NCBI GenBank assembly: GCA_965153285.1
Contig: OZ229111.1
Length of the DNA stretch: 64,000 bases
Direction: 5' to 3' (one strand)
DNA from: Podarcis tiliguerta
Lineage: Eukaryota
Below the pieces are notes generated by a model. That model was given only the letters and a program-made list of their open reading frames with translations. It was not told the origin of the DNA and ran no database searches. Every line of letters begins with the position of its first letter. Positions within the stretch are counted from its first letter, which is position 1. Made by a program: the position numbers and the translations under genes. Shown here piece by piece: positions 26,589 to 40,074 of the stretch.

Positions 26589-28934
26589 GGTTAGACCCTC
26601 ATGGGATCCATGGAGCTTAGCATCAAGCAGATGCCAAGTTCCTGCTGCACTGCTTTGAAATGGCCTGTTTGAAGGCCTTTCTCCTGACGGCTGGAGGACT
26701 GCAAGCAGTAGCTTACTACCATTTTAGGTGGAGCTGGGGGCATCTGCTGCAGTGAAACCCCACCATCACCAGTAGTCCTCTGCACTACTAAAGCTGGCAG
26801 AGAGGATATGAAATACAACCTACCTGCTCCCGCACCCCCCAATGACATCAAGGCACGGTTGGGGGCAGGATTGCAGCCTAATTCTTTCCGATTGTCTTGC
26901 TAGTGTGGTAATCTTTGTATCTCCTCAGTTGCATTGTCCAAAGAGTAATTTCTCAGAATTCTCTGCTTTTCAGACGCTGCAGATCATTAGCAAATCATGA
27001 CAAATGTTCAACTTTGCCACTGACATAGAAACAAATGTGAAGTTAGGTCTTAAGCATTTGCCAGTAGTTTGCATTATTTGTCACCAGCCTTATTTGCATA
27101 TTTGTCACCACCCTTCACAGCTTAAAAAAAGAAATTGGATGACATTCAACTAAGCTCTACACGGAAGTGGACCTCACTGAAATTAATGAACACGAATATG
27201 TTATGTCAATTAATTTCGACAGATCTACTCTGAGTAATACTTATTTGCATACCACCCATTACTGCTAAGCAGGAAGCCACAGATGGTGTCTGAGAGGCAG
27301 ATTGCCACCTTTTCTATATAATGGAGATCAGCTTATATTTAGTATATGTGTTACCAAAATCCAAAATGGCAGAGACAGCAAGCTGTTCTTTGAAACTGAA
27401 ATAAGAATGGATGGGTTCTATACTACATAGAATGCAAGGCTCCTGTATGGGAATATACAGCTCTGATGGCATCATATGAGGCTGCACATGACTTTGTCTT
27501 TACCCTTCTCACCAGAGCCCAGAAACTTACCTACAGCCTTGCAATAAATCCTGCCCACGTAATCAGGCTCTATTTTATCCCTTCTGCTGCTGCAGTTGTC
27601 TAGTGTATGCAGACTTTCAGCCATGCTTTGGGTTCCAGAGATGATCCAAGCAGCTGCTACAACATCTTCTAAACCATCCTCATAATCACCTCCTTATCCC
27701 TGGCTGTTAAGGGAATCAGGCCTCAGAAACATTATGGAAACTTGGACCAGAATCCAAAGAGCTATAGAACTGGTACTGTTCATGATCACAAGGAGCCCTT
27801 AGACTTACCAAACAGCAGTCCCCTCCCTCCTCTCCCCATGTATGGCAACCTGCTTTATAATCAAAGGGAACTTCAAACACAGCTTGTGATACGACATAGG
27901 AGACAGCTGTTGAAATGGGAGAAAACTCTATTTCCACTGGGCTAGTGCAAGCCCCTTTCATGAGCAGCTCTTTGGATCCTAGCCACTGTCTAATATCCAT
28001 CCTGCATTTATGCAATGCTGTTTGAGTTTCTCCTAGTTTTAGCAGTACATGCAAGAGCAACACCAAGCCTCTGGCTTGTATGCTTGCTCCCATGCCTCTT
28101 CTCTGGCATAAGCCTGAGATGAGAAGCCCCCACTTCTTGTTTAATCATAATTCTTCATTATGTCTGAATTCAGGGGAACTGTGGTTCCTGAGAAAAAAAG
28201 CTGTGATCAAACCTTGGGTTGTGACCGCTGTTTGTTCTCAAACAAGTTTAAACTAACCAGAGTTCCTTGAATTCAAACATAATGAGAAACTGGTTTGTTT
28301 AAAAAGGTAAGTGAAAGTTTTTGATCTCCTTACTATTCCATCAGAAGAGAAAAGGTGAGAAAACATGAGCCTGAGGCACAGGCATGTGGCAGTAAACCAT
28401 GGTTTAGCATTACCGCCATACGAATTTCTATTCGGTCTACATGCTAAGCTGCACACACATATAGATGGAAAATGAGTGTGACACAGCTGGAGTACAGCAG
28501 GCTATTTTGCTTGGCTTCAGTAGCTTGTATTTAAGTATGGGGAGAAATTTGGTTCAGTTCTCAATTAAGGGCAAATCTACCCAATTCATACTTTCTGAAA
28601 AAGTACATGGACCAAAATAGAGCATTCCTTTGAAATCTGCACTTCTTTAAATTTTGCAGTTCATTTTTCCTAGCAAGTAATGCAACAACAAAAAAATGCA
28701 TATACCAAGATAGAGAACACATTAAAATGCACATATTAGTGAATTTTGAAATAGCATGAGAAGATGTATTATATTAGGGGGAAATGCTTTGGGGAAAATA
28801 GGTATAGAATGAAAAATTGAAGACAAACTTTCATGAGGATTTTAAAATCCTGAATTTGAGATTGAGAAAACTGAAAGAAATTGAAATTGGCAGATCTGCC
28901 TGTTCCTACTTGTAGTCAAGACTTTTTAAACATA

Positions 28935-29046
28935 TACCATATTTTAAAATTGGGGGATATTGCCCCTGTGTATAAGACTACACCCCCCTTTTTAACCTTA
29001 TTTTTTTAGTAAAAAATCCTAGTCTTATACATGGAAATATACGGTA
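28935..29046. mobile_element. Degenerate mariner-type MITE
   Basis: taccatattt...aaatatacggta termini; internal inverted pair tataagacta/tagtcttata. Confidence 0.55.
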
Positions 29047-30191
29047 GTTCATTTTAAAGCCATTTGAACAGTAGTCACTGTTGCTGCTACTTATGAAGCA
29101 TTTTTGTTTTCAAAATGCTGTACCCTCTGCCTTTTTTTTTTTTTTTACCTCATGTAAAATGGTCATCAGCTATTTTAAGATAAGCTGAGGCCAAGCGCTA
29201 GTAATTTGCCCAAGGCAAATTAAACCAGTGCTACCTGGAACCAGCCATCCCAGATCCAAACTCTGAGCCATACTGGTTTTCATTCCACAAAAAGAAGAGG
29301 AAATTGCAGTTGCAAACATTAGCTGCCATCCCTTGACTATCAGGACAGGTGCTGAAACGCGAAAAGCTGTGGAAGATAAAATAAATCATTTAAAAGTTCT
29401 GCCCTGCAGGGGGCATAGCAGTGGCGATAACAGCTGTGGCTTGCAATTACACGTAATTGTATCCCCAAACCCCAAAATATGTACTATATTAATATCTCTC
29501 AATTAAAAGGCTACAACTGCAATCTTATGCTTAGATTTCTAACTTGTTAAGCACTGTGCCTGGTGGACAGAGAAAATGTGTTTGGGTGGGTGTGTTTTTC
29601 GAGTCACACAATCATGCAGAACCATAATTAGTTACCTGCAGTTGCTAATCATACATGAGCATTTGGCATTTGGAAAAACAAATTATCCTTCTTTCATGCT
29701 AGGTAATGCACATGTCCTCAGAGAGCACTGTCCTCATGACCTTTTAATACAAAAGCCAGGCAATCGAAATGCTGGCTGCGGCACAAAGACTGTGGAAGCT
29801 GTTAACAAATGCGTCCCAATTTGGGCTGGTGCTCACTTGTTAAATGGATGTAGGAGGAATGCAGACATCTGAATAGCAATGAAGGCTATAAACTGGATGT
29901 CTGGAGTATGGCAGAGCACAGCCCACCGTTTCCCCCGCCCCCATCCGTCAAATCACATTTGCGGCAACAATTTGACGGACCCGAAGCTCCTATGTCCCTT
30001 ATAGGCAACCATACTTTCAGCTCTTATCTTCAAGGAAAGCTCACATATATTAAATAGGTTATGGGTTGCATTATGAGCGTTTTCATCAGCTGATGTAAAA
30101 TAAATCCATTAGCCACAGTTGTCCTTCATGTGATAATGAAGTTTAGAGCTCATTAAAAAGTAATTGTAACCACTTTCCCTTACTTTATCAG

Positions 30192-30312
30192 CAGGATTCA
30201 GCTGGTGATTTGATGATCAGAAGCATCCAGCTGAATCACGCTGGAAAATACGTCTGCATGGTGCAAACAAGTGTGGACAAGCTATCAGCTGCTGCAGACC
30301 TGATTGTAAGAG
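30192..30312 (+). CDS. CNTN4: Contactin-4 coding exon (Ig6 C-terminal half: [40 protein letters not shown])
   Basis: Not in the ORF track; read by hand. Acceptor tactttatcag|CAG GAT, donor AGA G|gtattt; 121 bp. In frame with both neighbours; has the Ig G-x-Y-x-C motif. Confidence 0.95.
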
Positions 30313-30994
30313 GTATTTGAATTTTGTTGCCGTTGTTGTAGTCAAACTACTGTTCCCACCAACCGCTGCTATGGATAATAACATAAAGCACAGCTTGAGA
30401 GAGTTTACTACGCTCGATAACTAGCAGCCTATGAAGTACTACTGATTATTTGGTACAAAATATGGAGGGGGGGTGTCTTCTATCGAACCTTAAATGGTAA
30501 CAACATGCGCTAATTATTTATTTAGTTCTGTTTGAAATGTTGATGGCGGTGTTAATTTGCTGAATGTGGATGTGCACGGAGGCAGTTTTTTATGTGAGAA
30601 TGTACTTTGCTGAAAACCCTGAGGCCTTGTGCATGTACTGATTCCCTGTACCCCTTGGTGTGAACACAGTTTCACCTCATGGCATGGCATGAGGGAATGG
30701 CATTTCAGCTAGGGTCAGGCAGTGGCAATTTGCTTGCAAGTTTTGCCCTTTTACAGATTTGCATAGGCACATACTGCCTTCCTGTGACACTTCAGTGGGT
30801 CACTTAGTTGGGCAGGATGGGGTTGAAAATTACATATGTTCTTTCACTTCTGCCCAGTTTTAACCATTGCTCAGCAATGCACATGTGCAATAATGTGCAA
30901 GTGATGGCTTGCAGAAAAGAAAATAAACCAATGGGTTTTTTTGTGCTGCGCAATGGCCACTTCAGCTAAATATGCTTGGCAAACAGCTGCTATA

Positions 30995-31212
30995 CAGTGG
31001 TACCTCAGGTTAAGTACTTAATTCGTTCTGGAGGTCCATTCTTAACCTGAAACTGTTCTTAACCTGAAGCACCACTTTAGTTAATGGGGCCTCCTGCTGC
31101 TGCCGGAGCACAATTTCTGTTCTCATCCTGAAGCAAAGTTCTTAACCCGAGGTAATATTTCTGGGTTAGTGGAGTCTGTCACCTGAAGCGTATGTAACCT
31201 GAGGTACCACTG
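30995..31212. mobile_element. Tc1/mariner (Tigger-like) MITE
   Basis: TA|cagtggtacctcaggtta...taacctgaggtaccactg|TA. Confidence 0.9.
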
Positions 31213-32427
31213 TACATTGCAAATAGTGGTGGCTTACACAGAAAATGAAAAACCAGTCCCCTTCACGTCATGCATTGGTCACTTCAGCTCAGCAGCTGTC
31301 AAAGGGCTGTTGCTCCTGGATCATTCAAGTAGCCAAGCTCAGTTACTGATCCAGTTACAGGTGATTAGAACAGAGATAGATTTGGAGTCTGAAAGTTGAA
31401 AGCTAAACTGGCAGCAATTTTATCATTGTCCAGTGTTGGCATGGGGCCAGAAAACAAATTCAGTTCTCAAAATTTTTGAAAATGTTACAGCAATTTTGAC
31501 TTGGGACAGTGAGACAGCTGCTCCCTAAAATGAAATCAGATTTCAAGATACAGAGTGCCCCAATACATTTCCTGCTATTGCTGGTTTTCACGTTGGCTGT
31601 TGTTATGGGGTGAACATTTGATATGAGATTTACTAATTTTAGTTAGAATTTATTCCCATGCTGGCTTTCAGAAAACAATGAAGGCTTACAGATTTGTGGC
31701 TTTGGGCATAACACACAGGATAGACTTAAGATAGTTTAATGATAATTATGTCATCGCACTGAACCCTGGGAAATGTAGTGCTGTGGAAAAGACTAAATAT
31801 ACTTAATACGGAATCCTTTTTACTCGTTAAATTAAAAATCCCAGGATTCTTTTGAGGGAGCTATGGCAACTGTAGTGGTATAATATATTTGTTCCGTAGT
31901 CAGGACCAACATTTCATGACATCCATCTATTGGAAATGGGTTTTTTTTTCCCTCCCCCAGATAGCCTGCACTGTGACAGTATTTATTCAAGCATTTTTCT
32001 GCAGCCTTTTATAGTGGAAACCTTCAAGGCAGATAAGGATATCATGATAAAAACAATCAAACAGGAGCATAAGTGCAGCAGCTACAGCTGGATCCCGTTG
32101 GTGGCCCAGATCCTCACCCACCTCATCCCACAAGGCTAGCCTTGATAGCTGGGCCGGGCCATTCACCTGTCTGCCGCTTTATGTCACAGTAATGTTCCGT
32201 GTAAGCCATTTTCCTTTGCCCATACAAATTTAAATCAGACGATGAGGACAACAGCACAGTGCTGTCAATCAGTCAACTGGAAGGGCTGGAAGGGCCATGG
32301 TAGCTCTTTCAAAGGATCAGTGAACCCCCATTTTGGTAGAGCCATGTCTTTTCCTACTCCACACCAGACGTCAGGTGTAGGGCAGGCGGGTGCACCTTGG
32401 CTGATATAAGCTCACAGGACCACTAGC

Positions 32428-32867
32428 CAGGGGTCAGCAGACTTTTTCAGCAGGGGACCGGTCCACTGTCCCTCAGAGCTTGTGGGGGACTAGACTATAT
32501 TTTGGGGGGGAAATGATGCAAGAGCACAAGCCCCAGTGGCTGCTTACCTGTGTCTTGCAAGTGGCAGGGGCTGGCAGCAGTGGAGGGATGATGAGCAGCA
32601 AGTGAAAGGGCTCCGGAGAGGGGCTGCTTAAAATGGCGGCCACTTGAGCGCTGCTGCTGCTGCTGCCACCAACAAAGCCCAGCCCCCTTCCTCCTCTAGG
32701 CAGGGCAGGGAGAAGCCAGGAGGAGGGAGGAGCCGCCGCTGTGTGAGGGAGAGGGAAAGAACGCACATGCTGGTGATCCATGCGGCGATTCCTGGACTGT
32801 CAGTGAGCCAGATCCAGAAGGCAATTGGGCCTGACCCGGCCCACGGGCCTTAGTTTACCTACCCATG
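32428..32867 (+). mobile_element. hAT MITE sharing ends with the 6961 family but with a different GC-rich core
   Basis: caggggtcagcagact...tagtttacctacccatg; TSD not preserved. Confidence 0.8.
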
Positions 32868-33882
32868 ACTTAGGCTTGCAAGCAAGAGCTTCCCCACCCC
32901 AACCTACTGTGTAAAGCAAGAGATAGAATGCTAAGAGAAGAGGAGGAAAAATCTAGAGGGGATTTCATTCAGCACAGGCCAAGTTACTGTCCGTAAAGCC
33001 ACACACTCCCTGCTGCAGGGCAAACAGAATGAAATAGCTAAGCAGGATTGTTTGGTGTTCCACAGCTCAGGCACCACAACCAAGAAAGTGGTGTCTCCCC
33101 CCCCCCCCAATACAACATACTCTAGATGGAAAGGAATCAGATAAAGGAGCACAGGCAAGTTCATATGGCACGAGAGAGTCCTGAAAACAGTTTGGGACCA
33201 GGGAGTGATTTGGGATACCCCTGACTGAAGCACATTCACTTTAGGTTTTGTTGGAATAGCAGGTTTTCTGAGGATCCCACCCATATCAAAGAAAGGGCTA
33301 GTTTTATAATACATTATGATAGCCATATTGAGCCATTTAAGCAAGGAAAGTTCGCTCAGTTTATTCTCACCTTATATAGTTTTAAGTTGCTTAATCCTTA
33401 ATTATCTCATGTTTTTGATCAAGTGTGTTGTGCTTCTGAATATGAACGCTGTGGTCCGTACATAAACCTCTTGAAATTCAGAGAAGAAGCCATCTTCCTC
33501 TTGCCAGGAGAGAGAATAGGAAACGTGATCATTGTCCATTTAAGAAGACAGCAGTGGTTTATCAGCTGTTCCCTCATGGGAGCAAGATATATTGTTGCTG
33601 CACTAAATGCACACTCCATTTAATGAGGACGAGGCCCAATGAGCAGTTTAAATACCAATACATTAGGCTGCTAAATATTTAAAATCCGTAATACTTCAAG
33701 TTCTTAACCGAAAGTATATGCATCATTTTGTAGGGAATAATCTTAAATTTTGCTAGGAGTCTGTTAAGAGGAGAATATATTGCAAGGAGCCTGCAAATTC
33801 TGCTAATGACTTTATTCCTGCATTTTGAATTTCCTTCTCCCCCACACCCCTCCTTCTTCCAAAAGGAATTTTCTTTGCACAT

Positions 33883-33897
33883 TGCACCATCTGCTGG
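33883..33897 (-). promoter_or_regulatory. Candidate CTCF site
   Basis: Minus strand CCAGCAGATGGTGCA fits the CTCF core CCASYAGRKGGCRS with deviations at the 3' end; motif match only. Confidence 0.4.
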
Positions 33898-34613
33898 AGA
33901 GGAGAAAAGAGCAGTAAATCAAGCTTTTACATCGCCTGCTGATAACAGCTAGTGATGGAAAGGCACATGGCCTGTCTAGTCAAATACTATCTTAGAACTT
34001 GACTTGAACAGGGGGGGAAACTAGTTATAGCTATGATTCTGTTTCTGCTACACTTAAAATTATTACTGTCACTACATCATTGAATTTGACTGAAATACAT
34101 GGCAGTTGACAAAAACTAAGAGATCTGTGATACTTTTAATCACTCTCCACTTAGTTTAGCATAAGGTTTCTGAATTTCTTGGGTTGTTGCCAATAGAAAC
34201 TCACCTCCGAATAAATCAGCTAGGTTTTAAGGTAGCATAAGCGTCTATGACCTTCTGCTTCATCTCTCTAACAACCTGTCTTTTGGATTCTGGTGATAGG
34301 ATTGTATCCCATTTTTTAAAAAAATAACTAGTAAACATTTTATGTAGGTTGAAGCAGAATATTTTAGCAGGTATCTCCAAACCTGGGGGAAGAGCTTTTG
34401 CTTGGTGGGGCTTCTTTCACCATGAAGCCGTGTGGGAGACCACATCTGTGGACACTCCTCTTGGGATGCCAGAAACCACTTTCAGGACAGAACATGGCAA
34501 AACTGTTATGATCAAAGTTGCATTCCCAAATATAGGAGAACTTGGAAGTATCAGACTCACTCTGTATGGCTCCATGAGAAGGAGAGTTACGACTTTTATC
34601 CCTTAAACTAGTA

Positions 34614-34855
34614 CAGTCGTACCTTGGTTCTTGAACGGAATCCGTTCCGGAAGTCCGTTCAACTTCCGAAACTGTTCAGAAACCAAGGCATGGCTTCTGA
34701 TTGGCTGCAGGAGCTTCCTGCACTCAATCGGAAGCCACGTCAGACATTCGGCTTCCAAAAACAGTTTGCAAACCGGAACACTCACTTTCAGGTTTGCAGC
34801 GTTGGGGAGCCAAAATGTTCAAGTCACAAGGCGTTCGAAAACCAAGGTACAACTG
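34614..34855. mobile_element. Tc1/mariner (Tigger-like) MITE
   Basis: TA|cagtcgtaccttggtt...aaccaaggtacaactg|TA. Confidence 0.88.
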
Positions 34856-35040
34856 TACTGAACCCAAATGGTGAGATATACTGCGAACGTGTTTACCACC
34901 TATGAAATACAATCACCAGAGGAACTTTGCAGAGCCCTTTGTAGCAGAGTGCAAAACTCTTTGAAAGGAAGGACATAGGAATCATAGAACTGTAGAGTCA
35001 GAAAGGATCCTAAGGGTCTTCTCGTTCAACCCCCTGCAAT

Positions 35041-35298
35041 GCCAGCGTGGTGCAGTGGTTAAGAGTGGTGGACTTGTAATCTGGTGAACTGGGTTCGCGT
35101 CTCCGCTCCTCCACATGCAGCTGCTGGGTGACCTTGGGCTAGTCACACTTCTCTGAAGTCTCTCAGCTCCACTCACCTCACGGAGTGTTTGTTGTGGGGG
35201 AGGAAGGGAAAGGAGATTGTGAGCCACTTTGAGACTCCTTAAGGGGAGTGATAAAGTGGGATATCAAATCCAAACTCCTCCTCCTCCTCTTCTTCTTC
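35041..35298 (+). mobile_element. tRNA-derived SINE (MIR/Squam3-like) inserted in a CR1 3'-end remnant (~34980-35325, - strand)
   Basis: A box and B box present, (CCT/CTT)n tail; flanks rejoin as aacccctgcaatgc(a)ggaatctc...aaagcatccatga, i.e. a CR1 tail. Confidence 0.88.
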
Positions 35299-36486
35299 TG
35301 GAATCTCAACAAAAGCATCCATGATATGTCATATTGGACTAAGCCTCCTTGCAAAGTTTTCGTATTTCTTTTTAGAGGGAGTTGCTATTATTTAACATCA
35401 TCCACATATATTGTGTAGTAATATTTGCAGAAGACTACCTGATCTCAGACATACCCAACCACAGGATAGATGTATCCTGATTATTAGGGGGAAAGGAAGG
35501 ACAAGCTGCAGAGACTCTAAAAACTAGAAAATAAGACAAGAGCAGGAAAAGTGCACTAAAAGGGAGCTGAAAACTGCACCTCTTTAGGACCCCAGAGTGT
35601 GTCTGGTGTGTAAACAACTCACTTACCAATCACAGCTCTGTCCAGAAACAATGACAGGTGGAAGCAGCCAAGGTGGCTCATTTCATAGAAATTACTTGCA
35701 AGGGTGCATGTACATTTTGCTTCCTAACTTTCTTTTCTATGAGGAATAGGAAAAAAAATGAAAGCTCAGAGTTTGGGGCGGGGCATGTCCAGGGACACCA
35801 GTGTAAGCCTACGTGGGCACTCGGCTGGTGAACTCTACTGCAGACATTCCATTTTAACAATTCAAGAATCTTCACTGCCCCATACACTAAATATGAACCA
35901 CTGTCTTGCTTTGAAAGTTTTAAAGCAGGATCAGTTAGAAAGTCACAAATGACATAATTTTAATGTGGCCTCCAAGGTTCTTGGTTCTGCCTTCAGGTAG
36001 GTGTTTTACACCCCATTTCTAACCTTTAATAGTAGGGTTTAAAAATAGCAAAGTCAAAACAGTGCAATCTTATACGTGTTTATTTGGGCTTGATCTTAGG
36101 TGTGTGAAGACTGCATCCTCACAGCACAATCCTCCACATGTGTACTCACAAATAAGTGTGGCTGTGTGTGTTTAGGGCTTCAGTCTCAGTCCATTTTTTA
36201 TTTTAAACCATAGGCGTTGCATCTACTGTTAAACGTAGGCTGGCAGCAGAGCTTAAAATACAAAACAGAAAATTCCATTATGGACGGGGCTATCACAGAA
36301 TGTAGAGCTTTAGATCAGAGTCTCTGTTATTGCAAACTATATCGTTTCAAAAAAACAAAACACTTTATGATTTTTTCTGGCTGCTGCTGCACAAACAGCC
36401 ACTTTAGATGTTATATAGTCTTGCTTGTTCGATAAAAATCCTATTTTTGGCAATCTCATCCAGAAATATTGTTCTAGCTGTCAGTT

Positions 36487-36514
36487 AAGTAAGTAAGTAA
36501 GTAAGTAAGTAAGT
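36487..36514. repeat. (TAAG)n microsatellite
   Basis: Direct reading. Confidence 0.9.
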
Positions 36515-37655
36515 TAGACTATCCATTGCAGAACAAGATAAACTTATCAAAATTGATTTCAGTAAGAATTCAATTGAGAAAGCTCTGAAATTAAAGTATA
36601 GTTTATTTCAGGTATCTCATATTTCCCTATAATCAATTGTTCCATCTACTGACCATTAGGGAGATGTAATTTGTAAAGTACATCATGCTAGGTAACGCTA
36701 TAATAACCCACCATTCTGCCTTTGAACTGGCAGATCTAGGAAGACTGACCAGCTGTGAAAGCAAGGACTACTAAGTATTCTTGCTGGAGGCACACAGTAC
36801 AACCTTATTCAGAACTGATTTCATAGAGTGCTGAGGGGTAAAGTTATACTGGAGTGGTTACATTTCAAATTATGGTTTTAAAATGACTTAATTTACTCTG
36901 GGGTTGCAAAGCAGGCTGTGACTTTTTTTACTGAACTGTTTGGAAATTCAAGTGCTAGAAGGTTAGGCATTAAAAATAGGTGACTAAATCATGATATTTC
37001 AATCTTTGAAATGTTTAATTGCACGTGATGAACATATTGAGGATTATTTCATAGTGAATGTGCATAGGATTGCACTGACATTCATTTATTTAACATAATC
37101 CTGAAGCTGCTATCTCACAAAGTTTCTAGGCCATGCCTCACAAGCCTCATATTTTTAACTACGGCAAAATGCAATTTTGGGGTCCCTATCTGCTACTTTT
37201 CCCAAAGGCTTTTTTATTAAAAATGTGTAAGTAGTCAGCATATCACTATCTATAGGAGATAAAAGTGAGCGTCCAAGAGCAGATTCTATGTGCAAAAGCA
37301 ACTATGCATGCATTTAATCCACTATAAAATATGTAGCTTTAGCCACTGTGGTTAATGTTTGATTATCTGTGCGAAAATAAGCTCAGAAAAAAAGAGTGCA
37401 CATCTTGGAAATCCATTCTTGCTGAAGGGAACTATAAGTGGTCCAAATTAAATATATATTGTCCCAAGTATCCCAGGGTTGTCATTGTTTGATCTGTTTT
37501 AAAAGACTTCTCTGCATACTGAAAACTATTAACTTAAACCTTGAGCTGAAAGGTGAAGTCTTGTTACTTCTTAATACTTGACGTGAGATATTTTACATGC
37601 AGGGTATGTCTCACTGAGGATATTTGAAACTTGTGTTATGTGTGTTTCATAACAG

Positions 37656-37814
37656 GTCCACCAGGTCCGCCCGAAGCTGTGACAATTGATGAAATCACAG
37701 ACACTACAGCTCAGGTATCCTGGAGGCCAGGAGCAGATAATCGCAGTCCCATTACAACATATGTTGTTCAAGCAAGGACCCCATTTTCTGTGGGATGGCA
37801 AGCAGTCAACACAG
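37656..37814 (+). CDS. CNTN4: Contactin-4 coding exon (FN3-1 first half: [53 protein letters not shown])
   Basis: aacag|GT CCA ... ACA G|gtaact; 159 bp, phase 1-1. Confidence 0.96.
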
Positions 37815-38205
37815 GTAACTAGACATCTTAGAACATGCAGAATATGACCACTGAAGCTTGCTTTAACCGTTCTCCATGAGCCCATGGGATTTCTGGTTAC
37901 GGGGAAGAAGCAGCACTGGTCTGATCCAGTTCTCTTCTTGTGACTGAATGGAACATACCATTAACTCATTTACATCTATATGTCTTTCTCAATATTTTTT
38001 CACCCCAAATTTAGCAAAGATTAGCAAAATTAGCAGAGATTACCAAATTTAGCAAACAGAAAAAAAGAACAGCCAACTAATGGTTTATCTCTAGAGTCTA
38101 CATTCTGTCCCCCCCCCCCCTTTATTTTGTTTTTAACCCAAATATTTCATTATTCGGTAACCATTGGCCATTCTTACATTCTTGACCTACGCTTTTCTCG
38201 TCTAG

Positions 38206-38355
38206 TGCCCGATGTCATAGATGGAAACACATTTACGGCGACAGTAGTGAGTTTAAACCCGTGGGTTGAGTATGAATTCCGGGTAGTTGCCGCCAGCCTT
38301 ATTGGGATTGGAGAGCCAAGCAAACCATCAGAGAAACGGAGAACAGAAGAGGCTC
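38206..38355 (+). CDS. CNTN4: Contactin-4 coding exon (FN3-1 second half: [50 protein letters not shown])
   Basis: tctag|TG CCC ... GCT C|gtaagt; 150 bp; FN3 LxPxxxYEFRV motif. Confidence 0.96.
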
Positions 38356-40074
38356 GTAAGTTGAAGCTGAAATGCTGCATATGGCATTTCAGTCAGTCTT
38401 TGACTTCCATTGAATAGCTACTTTTACTTGGTCAAAATAGTCTGCATAAGAGAGCAATGCATTTCATTGAGCACTTTATTTTTAGCAGTTTACTAAGGCT
38501 GGGTCCACACCTCTTCATGCTCATAACAGGAGGCAAGGGGGTACGGACAGTGTTTCCTTTTTGACACCTTATAGAGTGCCATAGCCCATATATCCCAGCC
38601 TTCCCAAACTGAAGGCACTCCTGAGGTTTTGGACTAGGTCTTCCATCACCCCCAATTACTGCCTTGCTGACTAAGGCTTTATATGTGCACCATAGCTTTA
38701 AAGCACCGTTGGAATCATGGGAACTGTAGTTTCCCCCTCATAGATATACTTTCCAGCATCCTCAATAAGATAGCGTTCATTATTCCAAGTTGGTATAAGG
38801 CGATTAATCTCTAAACTTATTATAAACATCAATTATTGTGAGACTAAAAAAAAAAAGGTAGTGTTTGCCAAAAGGCATCAGTGACATAAATGAGATCCTG
38901 TGTGGTCATGTAATAAAAGAGTAAATGCTAGGGCTTCCTTTTTGTGAAAACACCCTACGTACACCCATTTGGATGGAGTTAAAATTTAATCTGCCTATTC
39001 ACTGGGACCTTTAAAGACTCTCAAGTTCTATTAAAAGCCATCATTTGTTAGAACTGATGGTAAAAGCTTTTATTGCTAACATTGTATATTCCTTATTATG
39101 TGGTGCAGCAATCTGGGGTGCCTCTAGTAACAAATGGAATATGATGCAAAACAGAGTCCCTGTCGAATGTCCCTTGCTACACTTGCAGTATTACTTTAGG
39201 TTGAAAACAGCTGTTGTGAGTGAAACACCTTTTGTCTGTGCAAAAGACCTTCCTCTCTTCCCCCTGTGCCCCCCACCCCGTCCCCACAAAAGATATGCTT
39301 TGTAGGCCTGGAGGGACAAAGGTCCTATCAAACAATTTCAATACTGTGTAATCTTCCATGGTACAAATATTATTTTTTAAAATTTAACAGAATTTATATA
39401 CCATTTGATTGTAGAAAAAACACTCAAATGTTGACATGAAAAAAGGATCATAATGTCTACAGTGTTGTTTTAGAATTGAACGTAAAGAAATGGGTACTAG
39501 TTGTTGCCTGTACGACCTTAAATTCTCGTAATATCTGCAAGGGAAGTCAAAGACATATAAAATATCCAGTTCATTAAATTAGCTACTGTTGACTCAGCCT
39601 TATTGTCTGCTTGCATATTTACCAAAAGCTGTAGACCTAAGTTAGTAGCAATCAGCTTCATGATTATAAATAAATGAAATGTGTTATAGGGGAAATAATT
39701 TTTAAAACTATTTGCAACAGGTAATTGGCTCATAAATATGCTGTTTGGCCATCTCATTTTCAAAATTATGTATTACGTGCTCTCAAAGTGCATCATAAAA
39801 ACCTGCTGCAAAGCATTTTAATCAATATTCTGATGAATGCTTCTCTTTTGCATTTAGAATTCCCTCCCCTCTCCATTTTAAAAAATGGTACTTCCAAAAG
39901 AAATTTGCTTTGAAATCTCAGTGACAGAATAGTTAAGAGTGACACAACACATAAATGAAATGTTACATAAAGATGGCAAACTCATCTTATTAAAGGTGAA
40001 AAATTATTTTTTAAAATGTTCAAAAATGGAAAAAAAAACATCTGGCAACAGCAGGTTATCTAAAAAAAAAAATA

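Noticed and set aside
39045-39305. ORF with LLCGAAIWG resembling a non-LTR RT thumb motif
   Set aside because: Too short and degraded to assign; at most an ancient LINE relic
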